Below are positions 55,768 to 64,000 of a stretch of DNA of 64,000 bases, in pieces. Under the pieces are notes generated by a model that was not told the origin of the DNA, searched no databases, and saw only the letters and a program-made list of their open reading frames with translations. The DNA comes from Candidatus Falkowbacteria bacterium. GTDB taxonomy: Bacteria > Patescibacteriota > Patescibacteriia > UBA11705 > JABHMO01. Position 1 is the stretch's first letter; each line of letters begins with the position of its first letter. The stretch lies in the NCBI GenBank assembly GCA_018674305.1, contig JABHAL010000013.1, positions 8,553 through 72,552 on the forward strand, in the 5' to 3' direction. A program made the position numbers and the translations under genes.

Positions 55768-56007
55768 ATGTTAGTTAGAATTATAGTTGGTTTGATTGTT
55801 TGTGCAGTAGGTTATTTAATGGTCTGGAAACCAGGAGCATTTTATGAATTCATTGGGCCACTAGGCTTTGCGGAAAAAATGTTTATGGGCGGTAGTAAAT
55901 CATTTTATAAAATGTTCGGTATTGTAGTGATTTTGATAGGATTTTTAGTTGTCACAAACCTACACGCTGCTTTTTTTGGAGGTTTGTTTAGTTTTTTCTT
56001 TGGATAA
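55768..56007 (+). CDS. small membrane protein (2 TM), hypothetical
   Basis: 79-aa ORF with two hydrophobic helices. Confidence 0.35.
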   Translation: MLVRIIVGLIVCAVGYLMVWKPGAFYEFIGPLGFAEKMFMGGSKSFYKMFGIVVILIGFLVVTNLHAAFFGGLFSFFFG

Positions 56008-56012
56008 CGCAC

Positions 56013-56390
56013 ATGAGTTCAAAAAAACAACTTGGCCAATGGGGGGAAGATCTAGCAGCAAAGTTTTATGTTGATAAAGGCTATGAATTAGTTGATAAAA
56101 ATTATTATCTTAAATCCAAAAAACTTATTGCTGAAATAGACTTGATTGTAGCCAAAGATAAAGAAGTAGTGTTTGTGGAAGTCAAAACCAGAACCAGTAA
56201 AGCTTATGGTTATGGTGAACAAGCCGTGAATTATTCAAAAAAACAAAAAATTTCCAAAGCTATAAATCAGTTTTGTACATTGAACGAAAAATACGATGAC
56301 TATTTTCCACGCTTTGACATTATGGTTGTAGAAGTCATGGATTTAATACCAAAATTTATTCATTTTGAAAATATCGAATTAAATTGTTAA
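56013..56390 (+). CDS. yraN: YraN-family (UPF0102) endonuclease-like protein
   Basis: GEDLAAKFYVDKGYELVDKNY.....EIDLIV.KDKEVVFVEVKTR, a restriction-endonuclease-like fold. Confidence 0.75.
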   Translation: MSSKKQLGQWGEDLAAKFYVDKGYELVDKNYYLKSKKLIAEIDLIVAKDKEVVFVEVKTRTSKAYGYGEQAVNYSKKQKISKAINQFCTLNEKYDDYFPRFDIMVVEVMDLIPKFIHFENIELNC

Positions 56391-56419
56391 ATTATTTAAC
56401 AATAAACTAGTATAATTAT

Positions 56420-56755
56420 ATGGATCAACCAACCGTACCAAACAGTGCCAAAGACATTGAAGACAACAAATTATTAGCAGCCATTAGTTATTTAGGCATA
56501 TTATGTTTAATTCCATTATTAGCGAAAAAAGATAGTAAATATGTGCAATTTCATGCTAAGCAGGGATTAGTTTTATTTATTGTTGAAGTAATCGTTTCAT
56601 TTATAAATATTATTCCAATCTTAGGACAAATGGTTTGGTTATTTGCTAGCATGGCCTTCCTGATTATTTCTGTTATCGGTGTAATCAAAGCTTGGAATGG
56701 CGAGTGGTGGAAAGCGCCAATCATTCATGACTACAGTAAAAAAATAAACATTTGA
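56420..56755 (+). CDS. DUF4870-like small membrane protein
   Basis: NKLLAAISYLGILCLIPLLAKKDSKYVQFHAKQGLVL pattern with about 3 TM helices. Confidence 0.5.
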   Translation: MDQPTVPNSAKDIEDNKLLAAISYLGILCLIPLLAKKDSKYVQFHAKQGLVLFIVEVIVSFINIIPILGQMVWLFASMAFLIISVIGVIKAWNGEWWKAPIIHDYSKKINI

Positions 56756-56852
56756 GAGAAGATCAAGGTGATAAAGGTGATAACTAAAGTGAGAACGTCA
56801 CAAGTTACCTTCTTTAGCCCTCTTTCGCCTTTTTAGCCCTCTTTCCTATAAT

Positions 56853-58286
56853 ATGAAGAGAACAAAAATTGTCTGTACCCTAGGCCCAGCGTCAGACAAG
56901 AAAACCATTATAAAGCAATTGATACGCAACGGCATGAACATGGCGCGGTTTAATTTTTCTCATAATGTCCATGCTTACCACGGTCGAGTTTTACGTTTGG
57001 TCCGTTCGGCAGCAAAAGAGGTAAAACAATCAGTGGCTATTTTGCAAGATTTACAAGGTCCGCGCATTCGGTTAGGTGATTTACCGAAAAAAGGAATTAA
57101 TTTAGTTCGAGGTTCAGAAATTATTTTGACAACGGATACTAAGAAAAATAAAAAGAAAATACCAGTAACTTACAAAAACATGCACCGCGATGTCAAGGCG
57201 GGCCAAAGAGTTTTGATTGCAGATGGTGTGATTGAATTGATGGCGACTAAGGTCAGAGGAAAGGACATTTATTGCAAAGTACAAGCTGGTGGAGTGGTTA
57301 CTTCTCACAAGGGGATTAACCTGCCTGACACTGATGTTACTGTGCCGGCTTTGTCGGAAAAGGATAAAAAAGATTTAATGTTTGGAATTAAAAACGCAGT
57401 TGATTTTGTGGCTTTGTCTTTTGTTCGCAATGCTAAAGAGGTGAGCAATTTAAAAGACTTAATAACAAAGTATGAAAAAAAGTTAAAAATAAAATCCAAA
57501 AATCCAATCAAGATAATTGTAAAAGTTGAGAGAAAGGAGGCCATTGAAAATCTGGATGAAATAATTGCTGTGGCTGATGGCATTATGGTAGCGCGTGGCG
57601 ATTTGGGGATTGAACTTTCTGCTGAAGATGTACCATTAATGCAGAAAATGATTATTGATAAATGTTTGACCGCTGCTAAACCGGTAATTGTGGCTACTCA
57701 AATGTTGGAGTCTATGGTTAATAATCCTCGGCCAACCAGAGCAGAGGCAAGTGATGTAGCAAATGCTGTTATTGACCACACGGACGCAGTTATGTTATCG
57801 GGTGAAACTGCTGCAGGCAAGTATCCAGTCAAGGCCGTTGAATATATGCGTAAGATTATTGAAAAGACAGAGCAGTCAGCTTATGACGATTTAGTAATCA
57901 AACATAAAATAAAGCAGATCAAGTCAACTAGCGATGCGGTTAGTAGCTTAGCCAAGACTTTGGCTGATCAAATCAACGCTAAATTAATTTTAGTTGCATC
58001 TATTAGTGGACATTCAGGAAGGGTGGTAAGTCGTTACCGTCCAGAGTTGCCCATTTTTGTTGCTTGCGAAGATCATCGAGTACAGCGACAGTTGCAATTA
58101 ACCTGGGGCGCAATACCTTTTGTGTTACATCGCTGTAAGGATTTACCAGCAATAATAAAAAAAGCGGAGACCTATCTTAAGTTGACTAAACAGGCAAAGA
58201 AAAATGATAAAATGATTGTTGTAGCTGGTGTTCCAGTTGGCAAGAGTGGGAAAATTAATTTAGTTGAAGTTAAAGAAGTTTCGTGA
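56853..58286 (+). CDS. pyk: pyruvate kinase
   Basis: MKRTKIVCTLGPAS, the MVARGDLGIE active-site motif and a C-terminal regulatory domain. 477 aa. Confidence 0.93.
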   Translation: MKRTKIVCTLGPASDKKTIIKQLIRNGMNMARFNFSHNVHAYHGRVLRLVRSAAKEVKQSVAILQDLQGPRIRLGDLPKKGINLVRGSEIILTTDTKKNKKKIPVTYKNMHRDVKAGQRVLIADGVIELMATKVRGKDIYCKVQAGGVVTSHKGINLPDTDVTVPALSEKDKKDLMFGIKNAVDFVALSFVRNAKEVSNLKDLITKYEKKLKIKSKNPIKIIVKVERKEAIENLDEIIAVADGIMVARGDLGIELSAEDVPLMQKMIIDKCLTAAKPVIVATQMLESMVNNPRPTRAEASDVANAVIDHTDAVMLSGETAAGKYPVKAVEYMRKIIEKTEQSAYDDLVIKHKIKQIKSTSDAVSSLAKTLADQINAKLILVASISGHSGRVVSRYRPELPIFVACEDHRVQRQLQLTWGAIPFVLHRCKDLPAIIKKAETYLKLTKQAKKNDKMIVVAGVPVGKSGKINLVEVKEVS

Positions 58287-58287
58287 T

Positions 58288-58557
58288 ATGCAATGGCAGA
58301 AGCGTTATTTATTGATATTATTTTTTTTTATAGCTGTAATTACGGCCATGTTTTTTATTTATTCTAATATAAAATCACCGGAAAGAATTGAGTATTATGA
58401 ACTTGAACCATCTTGGATACAAAAGGTTAGTTGTATAATTCGTGGAGGTGCTTTGGAAGAAATAACTGATGTTGAGGACATAAAACTACCAGTTGTTCCT
58501 CAAAAAAAAGAAATTACATCGCAAAAGTCAGTCGGGTATATGTGCCATTTCCATTAA
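58288..58557 (+). CDS. hypothetical membrane protein
   Basis: The start is set at MQWQKRYLL, immediately after the pyk stop. One TM helix. Confidence 0.3.
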   Translation: MQWQKRYLLILFFFIAVITAMFFIYSNIKSPERIEYYELEPSWIQKVSCIIRGGALEEITDVEDIKLPVVPQKKEITSQKSVGYMCHFH

Positions 58558-58667
58558 GTTAAGATTACTGATTTGTGCGGATGTACGGATCTACAAAAAT
58601 AGAAACGTAAATTTGATTTAGAATTAACACGTTGAATCTGAATATTAGTATAAATTGGTAATTTGTT

Positions 58668-59810
58668 ATGAATAAGTTTATACGTGAAAAATTTGCTTTT
58701 GGTGAAGCAGTTGCCACCTTAATAGGCACCATTATCGGTGCTGGTATTTTAGGTGTGCCTTTTGTTATTGCTCAGGTTGGTTTTGGTTTGGGTTTTGTGA
58801 TGTTAATTGTTTTAGGTTTGGCAGCTTTACTTATGAACTTGATGTTTTGTGAAGTTGTCCTACGTACTCGTTTTCGTCATCAGATTGCTGGATATGCAAA
58901 AAAATATTTAGGTAACTTTGCTTATCGGGTTGCAGTTTTAGCGTCATTAATTGGTGGTTATGGAGCTTTGACAGCTTACATGATTGGTGAGGGAGAGGTT
59001 TTGGCAGCTTTGTTTGGTGGAGATAAATTTGTTTATAGTTTAATATTTTTTGCAGTATGTTCTCTAATCCTTTTGGTAGGTTTAAACTTAGTTAAAGTTT
59101 TTGAATTGTGGATGGTGGCAATTTTTTTGGTAATAATCCTCGTTATATTTGGATTGAGTTCATCGCATATAAGTATAAATAATCTGGTGTATACCGACTT
59201 TTCTAATCTTTTTGTTCCTTATGGCGTGATCTTGTTTGCTTATGGTGGAGCAGCTTCGATTGTTCCACTTAGAGAAATTTTACGTAAGCATCCTAAAAAA
59301 GTTAAGCGTGCTGTTACGGTTGGTAGTATAATTCCAATTGTTATTTATTCTTTATTTGCTTTAATAGTTGTTGGTGTAACCGGGATACTAACAACAGAAG
59401 TCGCCACAATTGGTTTGGGAGAAAAAATTGGTAAGTCAATGATTGTCTTTGGTAACTTGTTTGCTTTTTTTGCTATGGGCACCAGTTTTTTGACGATTGG
59501 CATTACCATGAAAGAATTATTCCAGTTTGATTTTAAGTTTTCCAAAATGACAGCCTGGTTATCAGTCGTATCTATTCCAATGATCATTTTTCTGATCAGT
59601 GCTCGTGACTTTATTCACATTATGGGAATAGCTGGTAGTTTGACTTTTGGCTTATCAGGAACAATTTTAGTTCTAATGTATTGGAAGGCTAAAAAGTCTG
59701 GCGATCGAAAACCAGAGTTTCATTTACCTAAATTTAAGATTATCGGAGGGTTATTAATCTTAATGTTTGCTCTAGGTATTGTGTATACTGTTTATGATTT
59801 AGTTATTTAG
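58668..59810 (+). CDS. amino-acid permease-like transporter (11-12 TM; Trp/Tyr permease/AAAP-like)
   Basis: N-terminal GTIIGAGILGVPFVIAQ-type motif. Polytopic, 380 aa. Confidence 0.5.
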   Translation: MNKFIREKFAFGEAVATLIGTIIGAGILGVPFVIAQVGFGLGFVMLIVLGLAALLMNLMFCEVVLRTRFRHQIAGYAKKYLGNFAYRVAVLASLIGGYGALTAYMIGEGEVLAALFGGDKFVYSLIFFAVCSLILLVGLNLVKVFELWMVAIFLVIILVIFGLSSSHISINNLVYTDFSNLFVPYGVILFAYGGAASIVPLREILRKHPKKVKRAVTVGSIIPIVIYSLFALIVVGVTGILTTEVATIGLGEKIGKSMIVFGNLFAFFAMGTSFLTIGITMKELFQFDFKFSKMTAWLSVVSIPMIIFLISARDFIHIMGIAGSLTFGLSGTILVLMYWKAKKSGDRKPEFHLPKFKIIGGLLILMFALGIVYTVYDLVI

Positions 59811-59917
59811 TATATAAGGTAATAAAAGTTGGTATTTGTCCAGCTTTTTTGTTCTAAATTTAGGAAAATTCATTGCTTGATTATTTCTGATTTTTATGAT
59901 ATTCTATTGTAAATAAT

Positions 59918-61411
59918 ATGAAAAAAGTCCTTAGAACTAAATTATTTCGATTCTACGAAATGGTGCCAGGCGGACTGATCTGGCTTACTTTTGTTTTGTC
60001 CATTGCACTATCTTTTGTTAAGCCACTTTGGGTAATTTACTTTATTATAGCTTTTGACTTGTATTGGCTGTTCCGCGTTTTGCATTTCATTTTATATGCG
60101 ACCATGTCATATTTTAAATATCGTAAGATTGTACAACTTGACTGGTTAGCCAAGGTCAAGAAAATACCAAACTGGGAGCGGATTTATCATATTATTTATT
60201 TGCCAACTTATGGCGAACCTTTAGAAGTTTTACGAACTACTTTCAAAAGTTTGACTGATAGTAATTATATTGGAGAAAAGATGATAGTTATTTTGGGTGG
60301 TGAAGGTAGAATTGCCGATGATTTTATTCCCAAGGCAAAGCAGATAGAAAAAGAATTTGGTCACAAGTTTTTTAAATTTTTAGCGACAACTCATCCAGAT
60401 GGATTGCCTGATGAAATGAAAGGTAAGGGTGCTAATGCGAATTGGATGGGGCATCGATCAAAAGAGCTAGTTGATGAACTGAAAATTCCTTATGAAAATT
60501 TAATAGTGTCTTATTTTGATTCAGATACTTGTGTTCACAAAGAATATTTTGCGCATTTAGCGTATAAATATCTAACGCATCCAAAGCCAATGAGGGTATC
60601 TTATCAGCCAGCAGTAAATTACAATAATAATATTTGGGAGGCACCAGCAGCAATGAGAGTAACTGCCTTTGGCACTATCTTTTGGTTATTAATGGATATG
60701 ATGCGGCCAGAGCGATTGTACACTTTTAGTTCCCATTCAATGAGTTTCAAGGCTTTAGTTGACGTAGGTTTTTGGCAAAAAGATATTGTAACTGATGATT
60801 CTAGAATTTTCTTACAATGTTTTTTTAAGTACGATGGCGATTATGCAGTGGAGCCAATGTATGTACCAGTTTCTATGGATACGGTAATGGATAAAAATTA
60901 TTGGAAAGGTTTTCAGAATTTATATAAACAACAAAGACGTTGGGCTTGGGGAGTTGAACATTTTCCTTACATGATGAATAAGTTCAGACATAATAAAAAA
61001 ATCGCTTGGACTAAAAAATTAAAGTACACCTGGAATTTAACAGAAGGAATGTACTCCTGGGCAACTGCACCAATCATAATTTTAATTTTAGGTCGGCTTC
61101 CACTTTGGGTAGCTGGTCGGAGCGCTTCTTCTGCTTCAGTTATTGTACAAAATGCGCCATTCGTTTTGGAGAAGCTAATGGGAGCAGCTATGATTGGAAT
61201 TTTATTTTCTGCTATTGTTAGTTTGTTTATTTTACCACCTAGGCCAAGTGGTCATTCCCGGTGGAAATATTTGGTAATGTTTTTACAGTGGATTCTATTG
61301 CCTGTTACTATAATATTATTTGGTTCAATTCCTGCGACAGAATCACAAACCCGTTTACTTCTACCAAAAAAATATCATCTTGGCTTTTGGGTAACACCTA
61401 AGTCAAGGTAA
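59918..61411 (+). CDS. processive family-2 glycosyltransferase (cellulose/chitin-synthase-like) membrane protein
   Basis: DSDT (DxD), the QQRRWAWG (Q[QR]xRW) motif, and TM helices flanking the catalytic domain. Confidence 0.7.
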   Translation: MKKVLRTKLFRFYEMVPGGLIWLTFVLSIALSFVKPLWVIYFIIAFDLYWLFRVLHFILYATMSYFKYRKIVQLDWLAKVKKIPNWERIYHIIYLPTYGEPLEVLRTTFKSLTDSNYIGEKMIVILGGEGRIADDFIPKAKQIEKEFGHKFFKFLATTHPDGLPDEMKGKGANANWMGHRSKELVDELKIPYENLIVSYFDSDTCVHKEYFAHLAYKYLTHPKPMRVSYQPAVNYNNNIWEAPAAMRVTAFGTIFWLLMDMMRPERLYTFSSHSMSFKALVDVGFWQKDIVTDDSRIFLQCFFKYDGDYAVEPMYVPVSMDTVMDKNYWKGFQNLYKQQRRWAWGVEHFPYMMNKFRHNKKIAWTKKLKYTWNLTEGMYSWATAPIIILILGRLPLWVAGRSASSASVIVQNAPFVLEKLMGAAMIGILFSAIVSLFILPPRPSGHSRWKYLVMFLQWILLPVTIILFGSIPATESQTRLLLPKKYHLGFWVTPKSR

Positions 61412-61505
61412 TTGAGTACTGAACGTCCTGATTTACTGATTATTTAGCATCATATATGTTTTGTTTACTTAATCAGTATATCAGTAAAGATCAGTAATCA
61501 TTTTT

Positions 61506-62486
61506 ATGTCCAAAGTCTCAATCAATTTAGTCACATGGAATGGAGCAAGATATATTGAAAGTTGCTTAAAGTCTGTACTTGAGCAAACTTTTAAGGATGT
61601 TTCATTAATTATTATTGACAATGGTTCAACGGATAATACTTTAGAATTGATCAACGAACGATATCCGCATTTAAAAGTTATTAAACATAAAGATAACTTG
61701 GGTTTTGCCAAAGCTCATAATCAAGCGATTCATTGGACCAAATCTGATTATGTTTTGTGCTTGAATCAGGATGTTGTTTTGGAGCCAGGCTTTGTTCAGG
61801 AGTTAGTAGAGTTTATGGATAACAATCCCATGGCGGGAGTGGCTTCTGGAAAAGTATATCGTTGGCAAGACGGTGAAAAGACTAAGTATATTGATACCAT
61901 TGGTTTAAAAATATTCAAGAATTTTAGAGTAATTGATATGGGAAGCGGGGAGGTGGACGAAGGTCAGTACGATTTGAAGAAACAAGTATTTGGCATTTCT
62001 GGAGCATTACCATTTTTTCGACGTAAAGCATTGGAAGAAATAAGGTATCAACAAGAATATTTTGATGAATCATTTTTTAGCTACAAAGAAGATGTTGATC
62101 TAGCGTTTCGTTTACAGGTGGCGGGCTGGGAGGCATGGATGGTTCCTGGTGGGATTGCTTACCATGATCGTACAGTTACGATTCCGTTTGATAAAATGAC
62201 CAAATTGCAGGTTGCCAGTAACCGACGGAGAAAGTCACAGTTTGCTAATTTTTATTCTTATCGTAATCATATATTTTTCCTGATAAAATGTTTACCAAAG
62301 TTAAGTTTACGTGTTTTTCTGTATGAACTGGTAAAATTTTTCTATGTATTTTTATTGGAAACAAAAAATCTTAAAGCCTGGATTCAGGTTATAAGAAATT
62401 GGAAACAATTGAAATTGAAACGCAAAATAATTTGGAAGAATAAGAAGATTAAGGATGAAGAGTTGAGTGATTGGTTTAATAGTTAA
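61506..62486 (+). CDS. family-2 glycosyltransferase
   Basis: SINLVTWNGARY..., IIIDNGSTDNT and NQDVVL (DxD-like) GT2 motifs. Confidence 0.75.
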   Translation: MSKVSINLVTWNGARYIESCLKSVLEQTFKDVSLIIIDNGSTDNTLELINERYPHLKVIKHKDNLGFAKAHNQAIHWTKSDYVLCLNQDVVLEPGFVQELVEFMDNNPMAGVASGKVYRWQDGEKTKYIDTIGLKIFKNFRVIDMGSGEVDEGQYDLKKQVFGISGALPFFRRKALEEIRYQQEYFDESFFSYKEDVDLAFRLQVAGWEAWMVPGGIAYHDRTVTIPFDKMTKLQVASNRRRKSQFANFYSYRNHIFFLIKCLPKLSLRVFLYELVKFFYVFLLETKNLKAWIQVIRNWKQLKLKRKIIWKNKKIKDEELSDWFNS

Positions 62487-62566
62487 TAATTTGAATATTG
62501 CGCAAATATTATTACATTAGTTGTCTAAATATTTGTTTAATATCAATTTTTAATATTTGTTTAATC

Positions 62567-63358
62567 ATGGAATTATCAATTATAATTTTAAATTACAAAC
62601 AGAGGGGCTTAATCAAGAATTGTGTTAAGGCCCTTTTAGAGTCTGAGGTAAATTTCCCTTATGAAATTATTGTTGTTGATAATGATTCGAAGGACGGGAT
62701 TGAAGATTTAATCAAAGAGCGTTTTTCTCAGGTTAGGTTTATTCAGACTGGTGCAAATTTGGGTATGGGTGGTGGTAATAATGTTGGCATAAAAAATGCA
62801 CAAGGCAAACATGTAATGGTAATGAACCCGGATATCTTTGTTTCTCAAGATTCTTTGCAGAAATTAGTTGATCATATAAAGAATGAACCAGAAATTGGTT
62901 TGTTAGCACCACGATTGTTAAATCCTGATCGTACATTGCAATATACTTGTTATCGTTGGCATAAATTGTTTACCCCAATGTACCGCAGAACTTTTTTGGG
63001 TAAATTACCTTGGGCGAAAAAAGAACTTGATCGATTTTTAATGACCGACTGGGATCACAATGATACTCGAGAAGTTGATTGGATACAGGGTTCATGCTGG
63101 GTTTCGCCAAAAGAGGTACTTGATAAGATCGGGGCATTTGATGATCGTTATTTTATGTATTTTGAAGATACCGACCTTTGTCGTCAAATTAAACAAGCTG
63201 GTCACCAGGTCGTTTATCATCCTGAAGTGGAAGTTGTGCATTTACATCGTCGGCAGTCCGCTGATCAGGGTGGTATGAAGTCCTTATTTAGTAAATTGAC
63301 TCGTATTCATATTTATAGTTGGCTGAAATATATGTTGAAATGGCGCAAAAACACGTAA
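62567..63358 (+). CDS. family-2 glycosyltransferase
   Basis: The start is set at MELSIIILNYKQ. IVVDNDSKDG and NPDIFV motifs. The ORF-track start at 62498 adds an unlikely 23-aa extension. Confidence 0.7.
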   Translation: MELSIIILNYKQRGLIKNCVKALLESEVNFPYEIIVVDNDSKDGIEDLIKERFSQVRFIQTGANLGMGGGNNVGIKNAQGKHVMVMNPDIFVSQDSLQKLVDHIKNEPEIGLLAPRLLNPDRTLQYTCYRWHKLFTPMYRRTFLGKLPWAKKELDRFLMTDWDHNDTREVDWIQGSCWVSPKEVLDKIGAFDDRYFMYFEDTDLCRQIKQAGHQVVYHPEVEVVHLHRRQSADQGGMKSLFSKLTRIHIYSWLKYMLKWRKNT

Positions 63359-63394
63359 CACATAGCACATAACACTTGACATTGGAGGGGTAGA

Positions 63395-63805
63395 ATGCAA
63401 TACGGTAAAGAACTGCCCGTTGAACAAAGAGATTCTCAAGCTTTGTTTGAATTTAAATTTGAAGGAACAGAAGAGGAGTTTAAAGCTTGGCTAATCAAGC
63501 TGGTTCAAGAGTTCATGCAATGGTGTGATCCTAAAGTACATCGGTATTCCATTGATGACGTTGTTTCTATGCCTTGGAATTCCGAGGGTGGAATTTATGG
63601 GTTTGAAATTGAAGGCAAACTTTTTGCCTGGTGTAAAATGTATTTCTTCGATGATGCTGGGCGGTATGGTCAAAAAAGAGCATTGTTGTTCAGAGATCAT
63701 CATAGTCAAAGCGCTCGTCAAGAAGTTATGAGAATTGCTGAAGCTTTTGAAAAATATTTAAAGGAAAAGCAGGTTGAGTTTGAACTTTTTTTCCTTAAAC
63801 GTTAA
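63395..63805 (+). CDS. hypothetical protein
   Basis: 136-aa ORF with no recognisable motif. Confidence 0.35.
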   Translation: MQYGKELPVEQRDSQALFEFKFEGTEEEFKAWLIKLVQEFMQWCDPKVHRYSIDDVVSMPWNSEGGIYGFEIEGKLFAWCKMYFFDDAGRYGQKRALLFRDHHSQSARQEVMRIAEAFEKYLKEKQVEFELFFLKR

Positions 63806-64000
63806 AATAATAACTGGACGTAATGCGTTCAGTTTTTTAATATTCTCCTATGAATTGACAAAGTCGAGTTTTTATTTTACGCTAGTGGTAGCAAGGCAGA
63901 GGAGAGAGAAAGAAATGTTTTATTAATCTTTTTAATGAGGTTTAGAATGATTAAAAAAATTCTTCTGCTGCTTCTATTTGTTTTTCTGTGTTCCTGCAGA

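Noticed and set aside
1-64000. Alternative genetic code (UGA recoding, as in Gracilibacteria/Absconditabacteria)
   Set aside because: Long conserved genes (fusA, valS, secY) are intact under the standard code with TAA/TAG/TGA stops and no internal TGA.

Overview
This window looks like a low-GC (~35%) bacterial genome segment of the CPR/Patescibacteria type. The lineage call is an inference from composition, the absence of rpmD (L30) between rpsE and rplO, K/E-rich tails on several ribosomal proteins, and the absence of an SD sequence before most ribosomal-protein genes. The standard genetic code appears to be used, with no in-frame TGA in the long genes. The minus strand at 61..5551 carries a MarR-regulated MacAB-like efflux operon: MarR, an HlyD-family adaptor, an ABC ATPase and two FtsX permeases. 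The core of the window is a str/S10/spc-type ribosomal cluster: rpsL-rpsG-fusA-(acidic ORF)-tuf-rpsJ, then a promoter-plus-terminator leader, then rplC through rplO-secY-adk-map. A small accessory island follows, with two recently duplicated secreted Cys-rich proteins, a GC-anomalous (~47% GC) gene and a tRNA-Ile/tRNA-Val pair. The most unusual region is 34.2-53.8 kb. valS there carries an in-frame phosphoglycerate-mutase-family histidine-phosphatase domain (RHG...SHG motifs). Next come a metallopeptidase(HExxH)-vWA(MIDAS DxSGS) protein and a MoxR-like AAA+ ATPase. They are followed by a tandem array of eight paralogous genes, plus a ninth copy after map. All nine share a ~75-aa N-terminal helical module fused to divergent C-terminal modules (beta-propeller-like repeats, SH3/KOW-like units and others). 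tyrS and argS sit among the array genes. Two tRNA genes (Val, Leu) are each followed by a partial copy of their own T-arm/acceptor 3' end, interrupted by a pair of GC-rich hairpins with a shared core gcccggcgWatgccgggc. The 3' end of the window encodes argS, bactofilin, ferredoxin, YraN, pyk, a permease and a cluster of three GT2 glycosyltransferases. One of these is a processive QxxRW-type synthase.
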